A DNA stretch of 64,000 nucleotides, from the NCBI GenBank assembly GCA_046538735.1, contig JBKHII010000007.1, positions 15,296 to 79,295 on the forward strand. The letters are read 5' to 3'. Positions 25,856 to 35,336 of the stretch are shown piece after piece (the first letter of the stretch is position 1; each line of letters begins with the position of its first letter). The notes below the pieces were generated by a model that was not told the origin of the DNA, did not search any database, and saw nothing but the letters and a program-made list of their open reading frames with translations. The DNA comes from Spirochaetales bacterium. Its GTDB lineage: Bacteria > Spirochaetota > Spirochaetia > DSM-27196 > SLST01. The translations under genes and the position numbers were made by a program.

Positions 25856-27343
25856 ATGCTGCGAAGAAAGAAGAGAAAGAATCGATCGATCCTGATGGTC
25901 ACGCCCGAGGCGGTACCGTTCGCAAAGGCGGGCGGCCTCGCCGACGCAGTTTCCGCGCTCGCACAGGAGCTCGACCGCGCCGGCCACGACGTCCGAATTC
26001 TCATGCCCCGCTATCACGGCATCGAGCGGGACCGGCTCTATCGCTACCCCACGCCCTTCACGGTTCGCGTGGGCGAGGAGATCTACACGACTGCGCTCTA
26101 CGAGGGGCGACTCGGAGATACCTCCGTGGTCGTCTACTTCATCGACCACGAAGAGCTCTACGCCCGCGAGGGTATCTACGGCTCGCCCGCCGGAGGGTAC
26201 GCGGACAATCTCCGGCGGTTTGCGCTCCTCAGTCACGCGGCGTTCTCGCTCGGATCCTTCATCGGCTGGGTACCCGAGATCATGCACGCGCACGACTGGC
26301 CCACGGCGCTCGTTCCGGTGATCGCGCAGCGTCGCGGCGCGATGGGCGCCACGAAGCCCACAACCGTGCTCACGATCCACAACGTGGGCTACCAGGGCGC
26401 CTTCCCCGTAGGCGAGCTGCCGCAGAGCGGTCTCGGGTGGGCGGATCTCTCCGAGAGCCGGCTGCTGCACTTCGATTCGCTCAACCTGCTGAAGGCCGGT
26501 ATCGTGAACGCGGACATGGTCACGACCGTCTCCCCGCGTTATGCGGAGGAGATCCGCACGCCACGGCGCGGCTTCTCGCTCGACAAAGTACTCGCCGAAC
26601 GGGGCGACACGCTGGTGGGGATCCTCAACGGAGTGGACTACGACGTGTGGAATCCCGAGAAGGATCCGTATCTGGACGTGAAGTACACGACCGAGACTGT
26701 TGCGCTGAAGGATCGCGCCAAGGAGACGCTCCAGCAGGAGTTCGGCCTTCCGGTCACGAACGACCTTCCGCTCGTGGGCATGGTCTCGCGACTCGTGGAT
26801 CAGAAGGGCTTCGAGGAGCTCACGAGCCCCGGTTTCGGCGCGCTGCCGGACATCCTCAACGACGGTCGCGCGCAGGTCGCGATCCTCGGCAGCGGCGACG
26901 CCAAGTACGAGTACTACCTGCGCTCGCTGGCGCATCGCTACCGCAACCTCGCCGTCGTCATCGGGTTCGACGAACGTCTCGCGCACCTCGTGGAGGCCGC
27001 GAGCGACTTCTTCCTCATGCCCTCGCGCTACGAACCGTGCGGTCTCAACCAGCTCTACTCGCTGCGCTACGGGACGCTCCCGATCGTCACGCGGACCGGC
27101 GGCCTCGCGGACACGGTTGAGGAGGCGTCTCCGAGGGGCGGAACCGGCTTCTTCATCGACGAGGCGTGTCCCATGTCGATCAGCTCGACGGTTCTGCGTG
27201 CGGTGAACACGTGGCACAAGGAACGCAATCGTATAGACGCGATGCGCCGCGCCGCGATGAAGCTCCGGTTCGGATGGGAACACGCCGGCCAGGCGTACGT
27301 GGGCGTTTACGAACGCGCCCTCGCGCTCTCGCGCCCAACGTAG
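25856..27343 (+). CDS. glgA: Glycogen synthase
   Basis: MVTPEAVPFAKAGGLADAVSAL...HAHDWPTAL...PSRYEPCGLNQLYSLRYGTLPIV. Confidence 0.95.
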   Translation: MLRRKKRKNRSILMVTPEAVPFAKAGGLADAVSALAQELDRAGHDVRILMPRYHGIERDRLYRYPTPFTVRVGEEIYTTALYEGRLGDTSVVVYFIDHEELYAREGIYGSPAGGYADNLRRFALLSHAAFSLGSFIGWVPEIMHAHDWPTALVPVIAQRRGAMGATKPTTVLTIHNVGYQGAFPVGELPQSGLGWADLSESRLLHFDSLNLLKAGIVNADMVTTVSPRYAEEIRTPRRGFSLDKVLAERGDTLVGILNGVDYDVWNPEKDPYLDVKYTTETVALKDRAKETLQQEFGLPVTNDLPLVGMVSRLVDQKGFEELTSPGFGALPDILNDGRAQVAILGSGDAKYEYYLRSLAHRYRNLAVVIGFDERLAHLVEAASDFFLMPSRYEPCGLNQLYSLRYGTLPIVTRTGGLADTVEEASPRGGTGFFIDEACPMSISSTVLRAVNTWHKERNRIDAMRRAAMKLRFGWEHAGQAYVGVYERALALSRPT

Positions 27344-27425
27344 GCTGCTCGAACGGGCCCGGACGCCGTCCGCGCCGCCGGGAGCCGTGCGCGGCCCGAA
27401 ACGGGTGGTGCGACCGGCGTCACGC

Positions 27426-28697
27426 CTACCCTTCGCGTGCGGACTTTCTCCGCAGGCGCTCGAGCCGGTGTACGATCTCCGCCGCTCCCGCGGCGGTAGG
27501 CTCGCGCTCCAGGTACGACTCCACCAGGTTGAGCGCCGCAGCGGCATCGCGCCGGTCGTGCTCGAGGATCTTCGCCATCTCCGTCACAACGGGACCCGCG
27601 AGCGGGTCCGGCACGCGTGCCAGTGCTCGAAGCGCCTCGTCCGACCGCCTGCGACGCCGATAGATCCGGGAGAGCGAGATCGCGGCTCGGGCAGCGATCT
27701 CGGCATCGGACTCGTCCACCGCGCGTTCGAAGAGCGCCGCCGCCGTCTCCTGATCCGAGCGGGCAATCCACCGGGCGAGCTGATAGCAGTCGACAAGCCG
27801 CTCGGCGATGGGGTCCGCCAGTACCCGTTCGATGCGCAGGAACAGATGCACGAGCGACACGATGTCCAGACGGTGGTGCTCGAACACCTCGCCGAGATGC
27901 GCCCCGTCGCGGTCGCGAAGGAACCGGAAGTAGCGTTCCGGGATCTCGAACCCCGGAATGTCGTCCACCCGACCGCGGTCGAGCACGCTTCGTTCGATCT
28001 CCGAGAGCGTGCACGACTCGAGCTTGGATCGCCAGAGCCTGCGCGCCCAGTAGAGAAGATCGAGCTGCTCGACCTCCATCGGCGGAATTCCGTTCATCAC
28101 GAAACGCGACTCGAGAAGCCGGCTGTCAAACGCCTTACCGTTGTAGCTCACCCACACCTCGCCTGCCAGGTCCCTCCCCACCGCGTCAAGGAAGTCGGGC
28201 TCACCCGGGAAGTCCACGAGCAGCGCCTGGCGCACGCGAACCGAGTCGCCCTCGATCGTTCCCGCCCCAACGAGAAACACGGTCGTGCCGGCGCCGCCCG
28301 AGAGGCCTGTCGTCTCGGTGTCAATGAAGCGAAGTGAGCCCGGATCGATCCGCCGGGCAAGAAGCCGGCTCTCGAACGGACGGGAGCCAACCGCGGCACC
28401 GATCTGTACCACCGTCTCACGCGCGTAGACCAGCGGCGCGACGCGCGCCCACCCCTCGAGCCCGGCTACCCCGTCCGAGAGACCGTCTCGGGTCGGCGTG
28501 GTCCGCCCGGCAGATCCGGCAAGCTCGGTCGGCGCAGCCGGCTCGGACGACCTCGCAGACACCGCCGGAGACTGCGCGCCCGCATCGGAAGGCGTCCCCG
28601 GGCACCTTGGCGACTCCGAGGGGGTGCCGTGCGAGGCCGGAGTCGCCCTCCTGGCCTGCTTGATCCGTTTGAGGCGGTCGTAGAGGTCACCCGGCAC
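27426..28697 (-). CDS. mrfB: RNase H-like 3'-5' exonuclease, MrfB/YprB family
   Basis: FIDTETTGL, YNGKAFDSRLLESRF and HHRLDIVSL (DEDDh-like), with a helical C-terminus. GTG 28697 follows GGAGGGAG and overlaps the mrfA end. The ORF-track start is 28820. Confidence 0.75.
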   Translation of the reverse strand: MPGDLYDRLKRIKQARRATPASHGTPSESPRCPGTPSDAGAQSPAVSARSSEPAAPTELAGSAGRTTPTRDGLSDGVAGLEGWARVAPLVYARETVVQIGAAVGSRPFESRLLARRIDPGSLRFIDTETTGLSGGAGTTVFLVGAGTIEGDSVRVRQALLVDFPGEPDFLDAVGRDLAGEVWVSYNGKAFDSRLLESRFVMNGIPPMEVEQLDLLYWARRLWRSKLESCTLSEIERSVLDRGRVDDIPGFEIPERYFRFLRDRDGAHLGEVFEHHRLDIVSLVHLFLRIERVLADPIAERLVDCYQLARWIARSDQETAAALFERAVDESDAEIAARAAISLSRIYRRRRRSDEALRALARVPDPLAGPVVTEMAKILEHDRRDAAAALNLVESYLEREPTAAGAAEIVHRLERLRRKSAREG

Positions 28698-30996
28698 GCG
28701 CTCCCTCCAGCCAGGCTCCGAGGAAGTGGTCCACGGCGGATTTGGGATTGCCGTCGATTTCCTCCTCCGGATCGCGCGGGCCCACGCACGAAGGACAACC
28801 CTCGGCACACGGACAGCCACGGAGGAGATCGAGCGAGGCCGCGAGTATCGCGTCGATCTTCGTCAGGAAGGCCTCGCTCAGACCGCTGCCGCCGGGGTAC
28901 GAGTCGTAGACGTAGAGCGCCGGTGCGCCGAAGTGGGGATCGCGGACTCGTTCGGCGACACCGATATCCCGAGGATCGCAGAGCAGGAAGACGGGCGCCA
29001 CGTTCCGGATGAGCGTGCCGATCCTCGAAAGCGCGGGGCCGACCTCGGCCGGGTCGAGCGACTCGATCGCCTCACCGGAGCGTGTGCCCCCGTCGAAGAC
29101 GAGCACCACGCTGCGCGTGTGCATCTCCTCCTCGGGCAGCGAGATCTCGCCGTAGCCGATGTTCTCGTGCGTCTGGTAGCGCAGCTTCTTGAACTTCGCG
29201 ACCTGGCTTCGGACGAGGATGTCGCCCACGACGACCGAGCTGCCGGCGGCAGCGCGACGATCGTCCTCTTCGAGGACCTTGATGTCCCGCTTCACGAGCG
29301 CGTCCGTGAAGTAGTTGACGTCGGTCTGCTCCACGTGGCAGCGCCGGTTCTCCAGGTCGAGCTTCGTCACGACGAACTGGGTACCGCGATGGATGTAGAT
29401 CGCGTTGTCGAAGATGAGCTCCTTCGCGGACGGGCGGTCCATCTCACCGATCACCTCGTGGCGGCCCTTCGTCGTGTCCACGATCACCACGTTGTCCGAG
29501 GTGGCGCTGCGCAGCGAGACTTGCTCCGCGGGGTACGAGCGGTCGGCCCAGTAGTAGGCGTCGCCGGTCTTGCGGACCACGCCGCCCTCTTCAAGATACT
29601 CGAGCACCGCCCGTGCATCCTCGGGAAACCCGCCGAGATCGCGGAACGGCAGCTCGAACACGGCACACTTCAGGTGATCGGTCAAGACGTACATGTTGTC
29701 CGCGTCCACAAAGCCGTTCTCGGGAGCGCTGCCGAGGAAGTACTCCGGGTGCTTCACGATATACTGGTCGAGCGGTGCGGATGAGGCGACGATCACGGCG
29801 AGGCTCACGGTCGTGCGGCGTCCCGCCCTTCCCGCCTGCTGCCACGCCGAACCAACGCTACCGGGGTAGCCTCCGAGGATCGCGGCGTCCAGGCCTCCAA
29901 TGTCGATCCCGAGCTCGAGCGCGTTCGTGGACACGACGCCGTGAATCGTTCCGTCGCGCAGTCCTTTCTCGATCGCCCGGCGCTCGCTCGGGAGATACCC
30001 CCCGCGGTACGCCTCAACACGAATGCGTTCGTTCTCGCTGTAGACGTTCGCGAGGCTCTTGTTGATGTAGCTCGCGATGAGCTCGGTCCGGACGCGGGAC
30101 CGGCTGAAGACGATGGTCTTGACGCCGGAACGAAGGAAGGTGAGCGCGAGGCGCCGGCTCTCGTTCACCACGCCGCGCCGAATCCCCTGCACACGGTCTA
30201 CGAGCGGCGGATTGTAGAGCACGAGGTGCTTCTCGCCGCTCGGCGCGCCATTGCGGTCGATGAGCGTCATCTCCTTCTCCACGATGCGGTTCGCGAGCTC
30301 ACCCGGATTGCCGATCGTCGCCGAGCAGCAGATGAAGGTCGGATTCGACCCGTAGAAGGCGGCGATCCGCTTGAGCCGTCGCACGAGGTTGGTCATGTGC
30401 GATCCGAAGATACCGCGATAGGTGTGGACCTCGTCGATCACGACGTACTTCAGGTTCCGGAGGAACTTGATCCACTTGGGATGGTTCGGCAGGACGCCCG
30501 CGTGAAGCATGTCGGGGTTCGAGATCACGATCTGTCCCTTGTCGCGTGCCGAAACGCGCAGCGACACCGGCGTATCGCCGTCGAACGTGACGATCTTCAC
30601 CGGGAGCTCGCCCGCCAGGACCGACTCGTTCAGCTCCGACTGCTGATCCTGGCTGAGCGCCTTCGTTGGAAAGAGGTAGAGCGCCCGGCTCTCGGGCGAC
30701 TCGATAATCGTCTGAAGCACGGCGAGGTTGTAACAGAGCGTCTTCCCGGAAGCGGTCGGCGTGACCACGACGAAGTCGTGTCCGGCCCGAGCGGCTCGGT
30801 AGGAGGCAGCCTGATGGCTGTAGAGTCTCGTGATTCCTCGCGATTCGAGCGCTGTACGGATCTCCGGATGGAGATCGTCGGGCAACGGAGCGTACTCGCC
30901 GTCGCGCGGCGGGATGTGTTCCCACCTCGTCACGCACGACATGAACCGAGGATCATCCTGAAGCTTCTTGATCAACTCGTGCACTTGGTTCCTCAC
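28687..30996 (-). CDS. mrfA: DEAD/DEAH-box helicase with C-terminal DUF1998 zinc module, MrfA/YprA family
   Basis: VVTPTASGKT, VIDEVH, CSAT, QQAGRAGRR. C-terminal CPCAEGCPSC. Confidence 0.85.
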   Translation of the reverse strand: MRNQVHELIKKLQDDPRFMSCVTRWEHIPPRDGEYAPLPDDLHPEIRTALESRGITRLYSHQAASYRAARAGHDFVVVTPTASGKTLCYNLAVLQTIIESPESRALYLFPTKALSQDQQSELNESVLAGELPVKIVTFDGDTPVSLRVSARDKGQIVISNPDMLHAGVLPNHPKWIKFLRNLKYVVIDEVHTYRGIFGSHMTNLVRRLKRIAAFYGSNPTFICCSATIGNPGELANRIVEKEMTLIDRNGAPSGEKHLVLYNPPLVDRVQGIRRGVVNESRRLALTFLRSGVKTIVFSRSRVRTELIASYINKSLANVYSENERIRVEAYRGGYLPSERRAIEKGLRDGTIHGVVSTNALELGIDIGGLDAAILGGYPGSVGSAWQQAGRAGRRTTVSLAVIVASSAPLDQYIVKHPEYFLGSAPENGFVDADNMYVLTDHLKCAVFELPFRDLGGFPEDARAVLEYLEEGGVVRKTGDAYYWADRSYPAEQVSLRSATSDNVVIVDTTKGRHEVIGEMDRPSAKELIFDNAIYIHRGTQFVVTKLDLENRRCHVEQTDVNYFTDALVKRDIKVLEEDDRRAAAGSSVVVGDILVRSQVAKFKKLRYQTHENIGYGEISLPEEEMHTRSVVLVFDGGTRSGEAIESLDPAEVGPALSRIGTLIRNVAPVFLLCDPRDIGVAERVRDPHFGAPALYVYDSYPGGSGLSEAFLTKIDAILAASLDLLRGCPCAEGCPSCVGPRDPEEEIDGNPKSAVDHFLGAWLEGARAG

Positions 30997-31039
30997 GCAA
31001 TAGTACCATCACTCTGACGCAATGCTCACCGGGTAATTC

Positions 31040-31068
31040 TTGACCGCTGGAATTTGCAGACGTACACT
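31040..31068 (+). promoter_or_regulatory. Sigma70-type promoter TTGACC-N17-TACACT abutting the glgC ATG
   Basis: TTGACC 31040-31045 and TACACT 31063-31068. Only 6 nt to ATG 31075 and no SD. Confidence 0.45.
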
Positions 31069-31074
31069 ACATCG

Positions 31075-32361
31075 ATGCCGAAAACCAACGTGCTGACGAT
31101 TGTCCTCGGCGGGGGCAAGGGGACGAGGCTCTACCCGCTCACGAAGGACCGCGCGAAGCCGGCGGTTCCCTTCGGGGGTAAGTACCGGCTCGTTGACATA
31201 CCGCTTTCCAACAGCATTAACGCCGGATTCAAGAAGATCTACGTCCTCACGCAGTTCAACACGGCGTCGCTGCATCTCCATATCGCGAATACCTACATTT
31301 TCGATGCGTTCACGCGCGGATTCGTCGAGATCCTCGCCGCGGAACAGACCTTCGACCACGAGGGGTGGTACGAAGGCACCGGAGACGCGGTGCGGAAGAA
31401 CTTCGTGCACTTCCGAACGCAGGCTCCCAACCACTACCTCATCCTCTCGGGCGACCAGCTCTACCGGATGGACCTCGAGGACTTCCTACGCCGCCACATC
31501 GAGAGCGGCAACGAGGTCACGATCGCCGCCACGACGGTGAATCGAGAGCAGGCGGTGGGACTCGGTATTCTCACGGTAGGCAAAGACCAACGCATCGTGG
31601 AGTTCACGGAGAAGCCGCCCCTCGAGGTCGACATCTCCTCGATGAAGATACCGGCTGCGGTCCACCCGAACAAGGAGCACCTGAAAGCCGGTCGCGAGTA
31701 CCTCGCCTCGATGGGCATCTACTGCTTCAAAGCCTCCGCGCTGGAACGAGCGCTCGACAACGAGCTGGCCGACTTCGGGAAGGAGATCATCCCCATGATG
31801 ATCTCAGGGGGGCAAGCCGGAGCGTACTTCTACTCCGGTTTCTGGGAAGACATCGGAACGATCAAGAGCTTCTACGAGACGAACCTCGACCTCGCGAGCA
31901 TCAACCCGGAGTTCAACTTCTACCTCGAGAACAACCCGATCTACACGCGCAAGCGTGACCTGCCGGCGAGTAAGTTCAACCAGTGCACGCTCGCAAGCAC
32001 GATCACGGCGGACGGTTGCATCGTCACGAACGCCGTCGTGCGCGAGTCGGTCGTAGGCATCCGAACGATCATCGAGCCCGGAAGCGAGCTCCACGGCGTT
32101 GTCTGCATGGGTGCCGACCACTACGAGACCGCCGAGCAACGCGCGGCGAACCGCGAGCGCGGGATCCCGAACATGGGGATCGGCGAGGACACGAAGGTCG
32201 CGCGCGCGATCATCGACAAGGATGCACGCATCGGCGCGGGATGCCGGATCGGCGTGAACGAGACGTTCCCCCAGGACGGCGATTACGGCAACTACTACGT
32301 GCGGGACGGAATCATCATCATCCCGAAGAATGCCGTGATTCCCGCCGGAACGATCGTGTAG
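31075..32361 (+). CDS. glgC: Glucose-1-phosphate adenylyltransferase
   Basis: VLGGGKGTRLYPLTKDRAKPAVPFGGKYRLVDIPLSNSINAG. Confidence 0.95.
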   Translation: MPKTNVLTIVLGGGKGTRLYPLTKDRAKPAVPFGGKYRLVDIPLSNSINAGFKKIYVLTQFNTASLHLHIANTYIFDAFTRGFVEILAAEQTFDHEGWYEGTGDAVRKNFVHFRTQAPNHYLILSGDQLYRMDLEDFLRRHIESGNEVTIAATTVNREQAVGLGILTVGKDQRIVEFTEKPPLEVDISSMKIPAAVHPNKEHLKAGREYLASMGIYCFKASALERALDNELADFGKEIIPMMISGGQAGAYFYSGFWEDIGTIKSFYETNLDLASINPEFNFYLENNPIYTRKRDLPASKFNQCTLASTITADGCIVTNAVVRESVVGIRTIIEPGSELHGVVCMGADHYETAEQRAANRERGIPNMGIGEDTKVARAIIDKDARIGAGCRIGVNETFPQDGDYGNYYVRDGIIIIPKNAVIPAGTIV

Positions 32362-32365
32362 GAGC

Positions 32366-32752
32366 TCAGCGGATCCGCTCGCCGACGGCGGCCAGCAGCA
32401 ACGCATCCGACGGAGCGAGCCTGAGCGCGAGCGCCTCCTCCGGCGTGAAGAAGCCGATCTCCTCGTGCTCGTGAAGCACGACGGATTCGATATCCACCTC
32501 CACGCGGAATCCCAGGAGCTGGAAGCGTTCGCCGGCGTGATCGAATCGGGCCTCGCCTACGGCGTCGCCCACGCGACCGACAACGCCCAGCTCTTCGCGC
32601 AGCTCGCGCAGCAACGCCTCCTCCGGCCGTTCTCCATCGTCGACCTTCCCTCCGGGTAGTTCCCACAGCCCACCCAGGTCGCCTCCCGGCGGACGCCTGA
32701 CGAAGAGGAGACGGTCTCCGTGACGGATCAACGCGGCGGTCGACTGCCTCAT
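32366..32752 (-). CDS. NUDIX hydrolase (MutT-like)
   Basis: Nudix box GGKVDDGERPEEALLRELREELGV. Confidence 0.85.
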   Translation of the reverse strand: MRQSTAALIRHGDRLLFVRRPPGGDLGGLWELPGGKVDDGERPEEALLRELREELGVVGRVGDAVGEARFDHAGERFQLLGFRVEVDIESVVLHEHEEIGFFTPEEALALRLAPSDALLLAAVGERIR

Positions 32753-32755
32753 CGC

Positions 32756-33169
32756 CTACAGGAAGAGAACGCGATGGAAGAAGAAGTGAAGGATCGCGAC
32801 GAGCAGGCCGAGGTACGCGAGGCTCGCGGATCGCTGCAGGAAGAGCTGATCGAGCCGCTCCACGAATCCCGATTCCACGGTGCTCTTCTCCTTGTAGTAC
32901 GCGAGAATGAGCGTCGCTCCGAGTACCATCCCGGTCGCGGCCGGCACCAGGTTGCCCAGGATGATCGTATCGTCCGGGTGGACGCTGAGGAACTGGAAGA
33001 AGCCGACGAGGAGGGTGGTGATTCCGAGGCCGAATGCGAAGCCGGGGCTCTTGAAGACCGATTCGCTGAAGAACGAGCTCACCCGCAGGCGCTCATCGAG
33101 CTCGCTGAACCCGAGCGTAATGCTCGCGAGAACGAGCGTGAGAATGGAGAGCAGGTAGATCTGGTACAT
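32756..33169 (-). CDS. Small polytopic membrane protein, unknown function
   Basis: 137 aa with 4 hydrophobic segments. Lies 3 nt upstream of the Nudix gene. Confidence 0.6.
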   Translation of the reverse strand: MYQIYLLSILTLVLASITLGFSELDERLRVSSFFSESVFKSPGFAFGLGITTLLVGFFQFLSVHPDDTIILGNLVPAATGMVLGATLILAYYKEKSTVESGFVERLDQLFLQRSASLAYLGLLVAILHFFFHRVLFL

Positions 33170-33211
33170 CGGCTCCTCCTCCGCTGAGCATACCGTCGGC
33201 GCACGAAGCGG

Positions 33212-33808
33212 TCAATCCGAGCCGAGCGGGATCCGAAGCTCGTGCTCGGCTCCTCGCAGGACGATGTGCACGACGACCTCCTCGGACTCCGACGTCTCGT
33301 CCGCGGCCTCGCCGCCAAACACGTGCCGGATCACGGTGGGATACTCGGCGTCCGTAGGGAGCGCATCGGTCACGGCTGTTCCGTCCGGGAACCGAAGTCG
33401 CACGAGGCTTGCCTCCCCCTCGGGAGGCTCGGCGCCTTCGTCCGAGCCGGTCCCCGAGCCGCCCGGGACCGCCCGATCCTCGCGTGCGGACGGCTCGATC
33501 CTCACGGTGACGAATACCTCTTCGTCGAACGCGAACGCTTCCCCGTCCAGGAGATAACCTTCGGCCTGGACCACTCCCGGTTCGGGTCGCAGAAAGAGGA
33601 TGTAGAGGAGGAACATCATCATGACGAGGACGATGTCCAGAAGGACGATCAAGAGCGACTTGTTCCGCTTGAAGATGCCGCCGGTCGGCCGCTCACGATC
33701 GGCCCGGTCGCCGAGCCGCTCCACGCGGTCGTAGTGAAAGACGTACTGAGACGGATCGCTCGTCTCGGGTGCCCGTTCGCCTCTACGCTCGCGGTTTCGA
33801 CCGGACAT
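33212..33808 (-). CDS. Hypothetical single-pass membrane protein
   Basis: 198 aa with a basic N-terminus, TM LLIVLLDIVLVMMMFLLYILFL and an acidic C-terminal domain. Confidence 0.55.
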   Translation of the reverse strand: MSGRNRERRGERAPETSDPSQYVFHYDRVERLGDRADRERPTGGIFKRNKSLLIVLLDIVLVMMMFLLYILFLRPEPGVVQAEGYLLDGEAFAFDEEVFVTVRIEPSAREDRAVPGGSGTGSDEGAEPPEGEASLVRLRFPDGTAVTDALPTDAEYPTVIRHVFGGEAADETSESEEVVVHIVLRGAEHELRIPLGSD

Positions 33809-35336
33809 CGGCCACCTTCCCGAGCTCCGCCGCGAGCTCCTCGGCGAGGAAGAGACCGCGCCTCCGGCGCAGCGAGCGGCCGGCGATCTGATGCACGAGC
33901 ACCGCGGCGCACGACGCCCGCCACCCGTCCATCCCGCCCGCGAGGAGCCCTCCGATCGCGCCGGCGAGCACGTCGCCGCTTCCGCCGGTCCCCATCGCCG
34001 CGTTCATGCCGTCCGCGTACGCGAAGCGTCCGTCCGGATGCGCAACGATCGTCGTATGCGATTTGCCTACCACAACCGCTCCCGTCCTGCCCGCGAGCTC
34101 GAGCGCCGCGCCCTTGAAATCGGCGAGCACGGCGGCCGAGCCGGTTCCGAGCAGACGCCCCAGCTCTCCGGGATGCGGCGTGAGCACCCACCGGTCGTGC
34201 AAGCCGGGAGCGTCGTCCATGCCGGCGAGGAGGTTCAACGCGTCGGCGTCGAGCACGCCGGCAGCGACACGGTCCGCCCTGCCTCCGGGAAGGAGCGCGC
34301 GCAACAGCTCTCTTCGCGCATCGCTCACGCCCCATCCGGGTCCGATCACGACGGAATCCACATCAACGCCGGCGAGCGGCTCTTCGGGGTCGAGCGGCCG
34401 CACCATGACCGACCCCACGTTCGACGCGACGATCGGGTAGATCGCATCGTCCGCGAAGACCGTCACGAGTCCGGCACGACATCGATGAGCGCCTTCGGCG
34501 GAGAGCACGGCGGCGCCGGTCGTTCCCACGCCACCGGCGAAGACGCCGGTCGCGCCGCGGCGATGCTTGTACGTATCGGCGTCGAGCGGCGGGAGCACCG
34601 TGCGCAGGCGGTCGCTTTCAAGAAGCGTGCCGCGGATAGTCGGGTCGCGAGTGAGGTCGCTCGGGAAACAGACGTTGATTCGCACGATCGCACCGCAGAG
34701 GCTCCGAGCGGCCGGCGCGTACAGGCACTCCTTCGGGAGTCCCATGGTAAGCGTCCACGTGGCGCGAACGGCGGGCATGCCCGGGCGCCACTCGTCGCCG
34801 AGCCCGCTCGGCGCGTCAACGGACGCCACTTGAGCGCCGCGCTCGAGCGCCTCGTTGATCGCCGAGCAAATATCGTCCAGCGGCGCTCGCAGCGCACCCC
34901 TGACGCCGGTTCCGGCAAGACCGTCCACGACGACGTCCGCCCTCGCGAGCGCATCGAGACACGTCCGGCGATCGTTCGCCCAGACGAACGGCTGCACACC
35001 GAGCGAACGAACGACTCCCGCGTGAACTCGAGCGTGCTCGCCGAGGGCCTCCTCGGGTGCCGAAAGCACCACGGAGGTCTCGTACCCGGCTCCCACGGCA
35101 TAGCGCGCCATCACGAGCGCGTCGCCACCGTTGTTCCCCTTGCCGGCGACGACGCAGAGCCGAGGCGACTGCGGACGACCGCTCAGGCGACGCTCGATCT
35201 CGAGCCATGAGAGAAGTCCGGCGCTCTCCATGAGGACGATGGCCGGTATCGCGTATTCGTTCTGCGCGCGACGATCGATCTCCTGCATCCGCGACGAGTC
35301 GACGATGCGTGTCAGGTCGCGCGTCCAGTCGGTCAC
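33783..35336 (-). CDS. nnr: Bifunctional NAD(P)H-hydrate repair enzyme Nnr (epimerase/dehydratase)
   Basis: YjeF_N (VLMESAG...VVAGKGNNGGDALV) plus the carbohydrate-kinase-like C-terminal domain (GTGGSGDVLAG). GTG 35336 overlaps the upstream TGA. Confidence 0.85.
   Translation of the reverse strand: MTDWTRDLTRIVDSSRMQEIDRRAQNEYAIPAIVLMESAGLLSWLEIERRLSGRPQSPRLCVVAGKGNNGGDALVMARYAVGAGYETSVVLSAPEEALGEHARVHAGVVRSLGVQPFVWANDRRTCLDALARADVVVDGLAGTGVRGALRAPLDDICSAINEALERGAQVASVDAPSGLGDEWRPGMPAVRATWTLTMGLPKECLYAPAARSLCGAIVRINVCFPSDLTRDPTIRGTLLESDRLRTVLPPLDADTYKHRRGATGVFAGGVGTTGAAVLSAEGAHRCRAGLVTVFADDAIYPIVASNVGSVMVRPLDPEEPLAGVDVDSVVIGPGWGVSDARRELLRALLPGGRADRVAAGVLDADALNLLAGMDDAPGLHDRWVLTPHPGELGRLLGTGSAAVLADFKGAALELAGRTGAVVVGKSHTTIVAHPDGRFAYADGMNAAMGTGGSGDVLAGAIGGLLAGGMDGWRASCAAVLVHQIAGRSLRRRRGLFLAEELAAELGKVADVRSKPRA

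Noticed and set aside
27212-27227. Sigma54-like TGGCAC-N5-ACGCA string
   Set aside because: It lies inside the glgA coding sequence near its 3' end with no downstream plus-strand gene. The -12 element is imperfect.
25376-27547. 723-aa minus-strand ORF antisense to glgA. Similar cases: 36592-38589 opposite secA, 40707-41942 opposite the PBP gene, 42994-44160 opposite the Maf-like gene, 45103-46515 opposite cheA, 33891-35210 opposite nnr, 28726-31017 opposite mrfA, 51817-53190 opposite flhF, 54949-56601 opposite flhA/flhB, 61865-63208 opposite motB/motA, and 1545-2948 (opposite the membrane-protein gene at its 5' end, then an alternative frame on the same strand as metX)
   Set aside because: All lie opposite, or in alternative frames of, genes with strong family signatures. 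All show the Arg/Pro/Gly/Ala bias typical of non-coding frames in GC-rich DNA.
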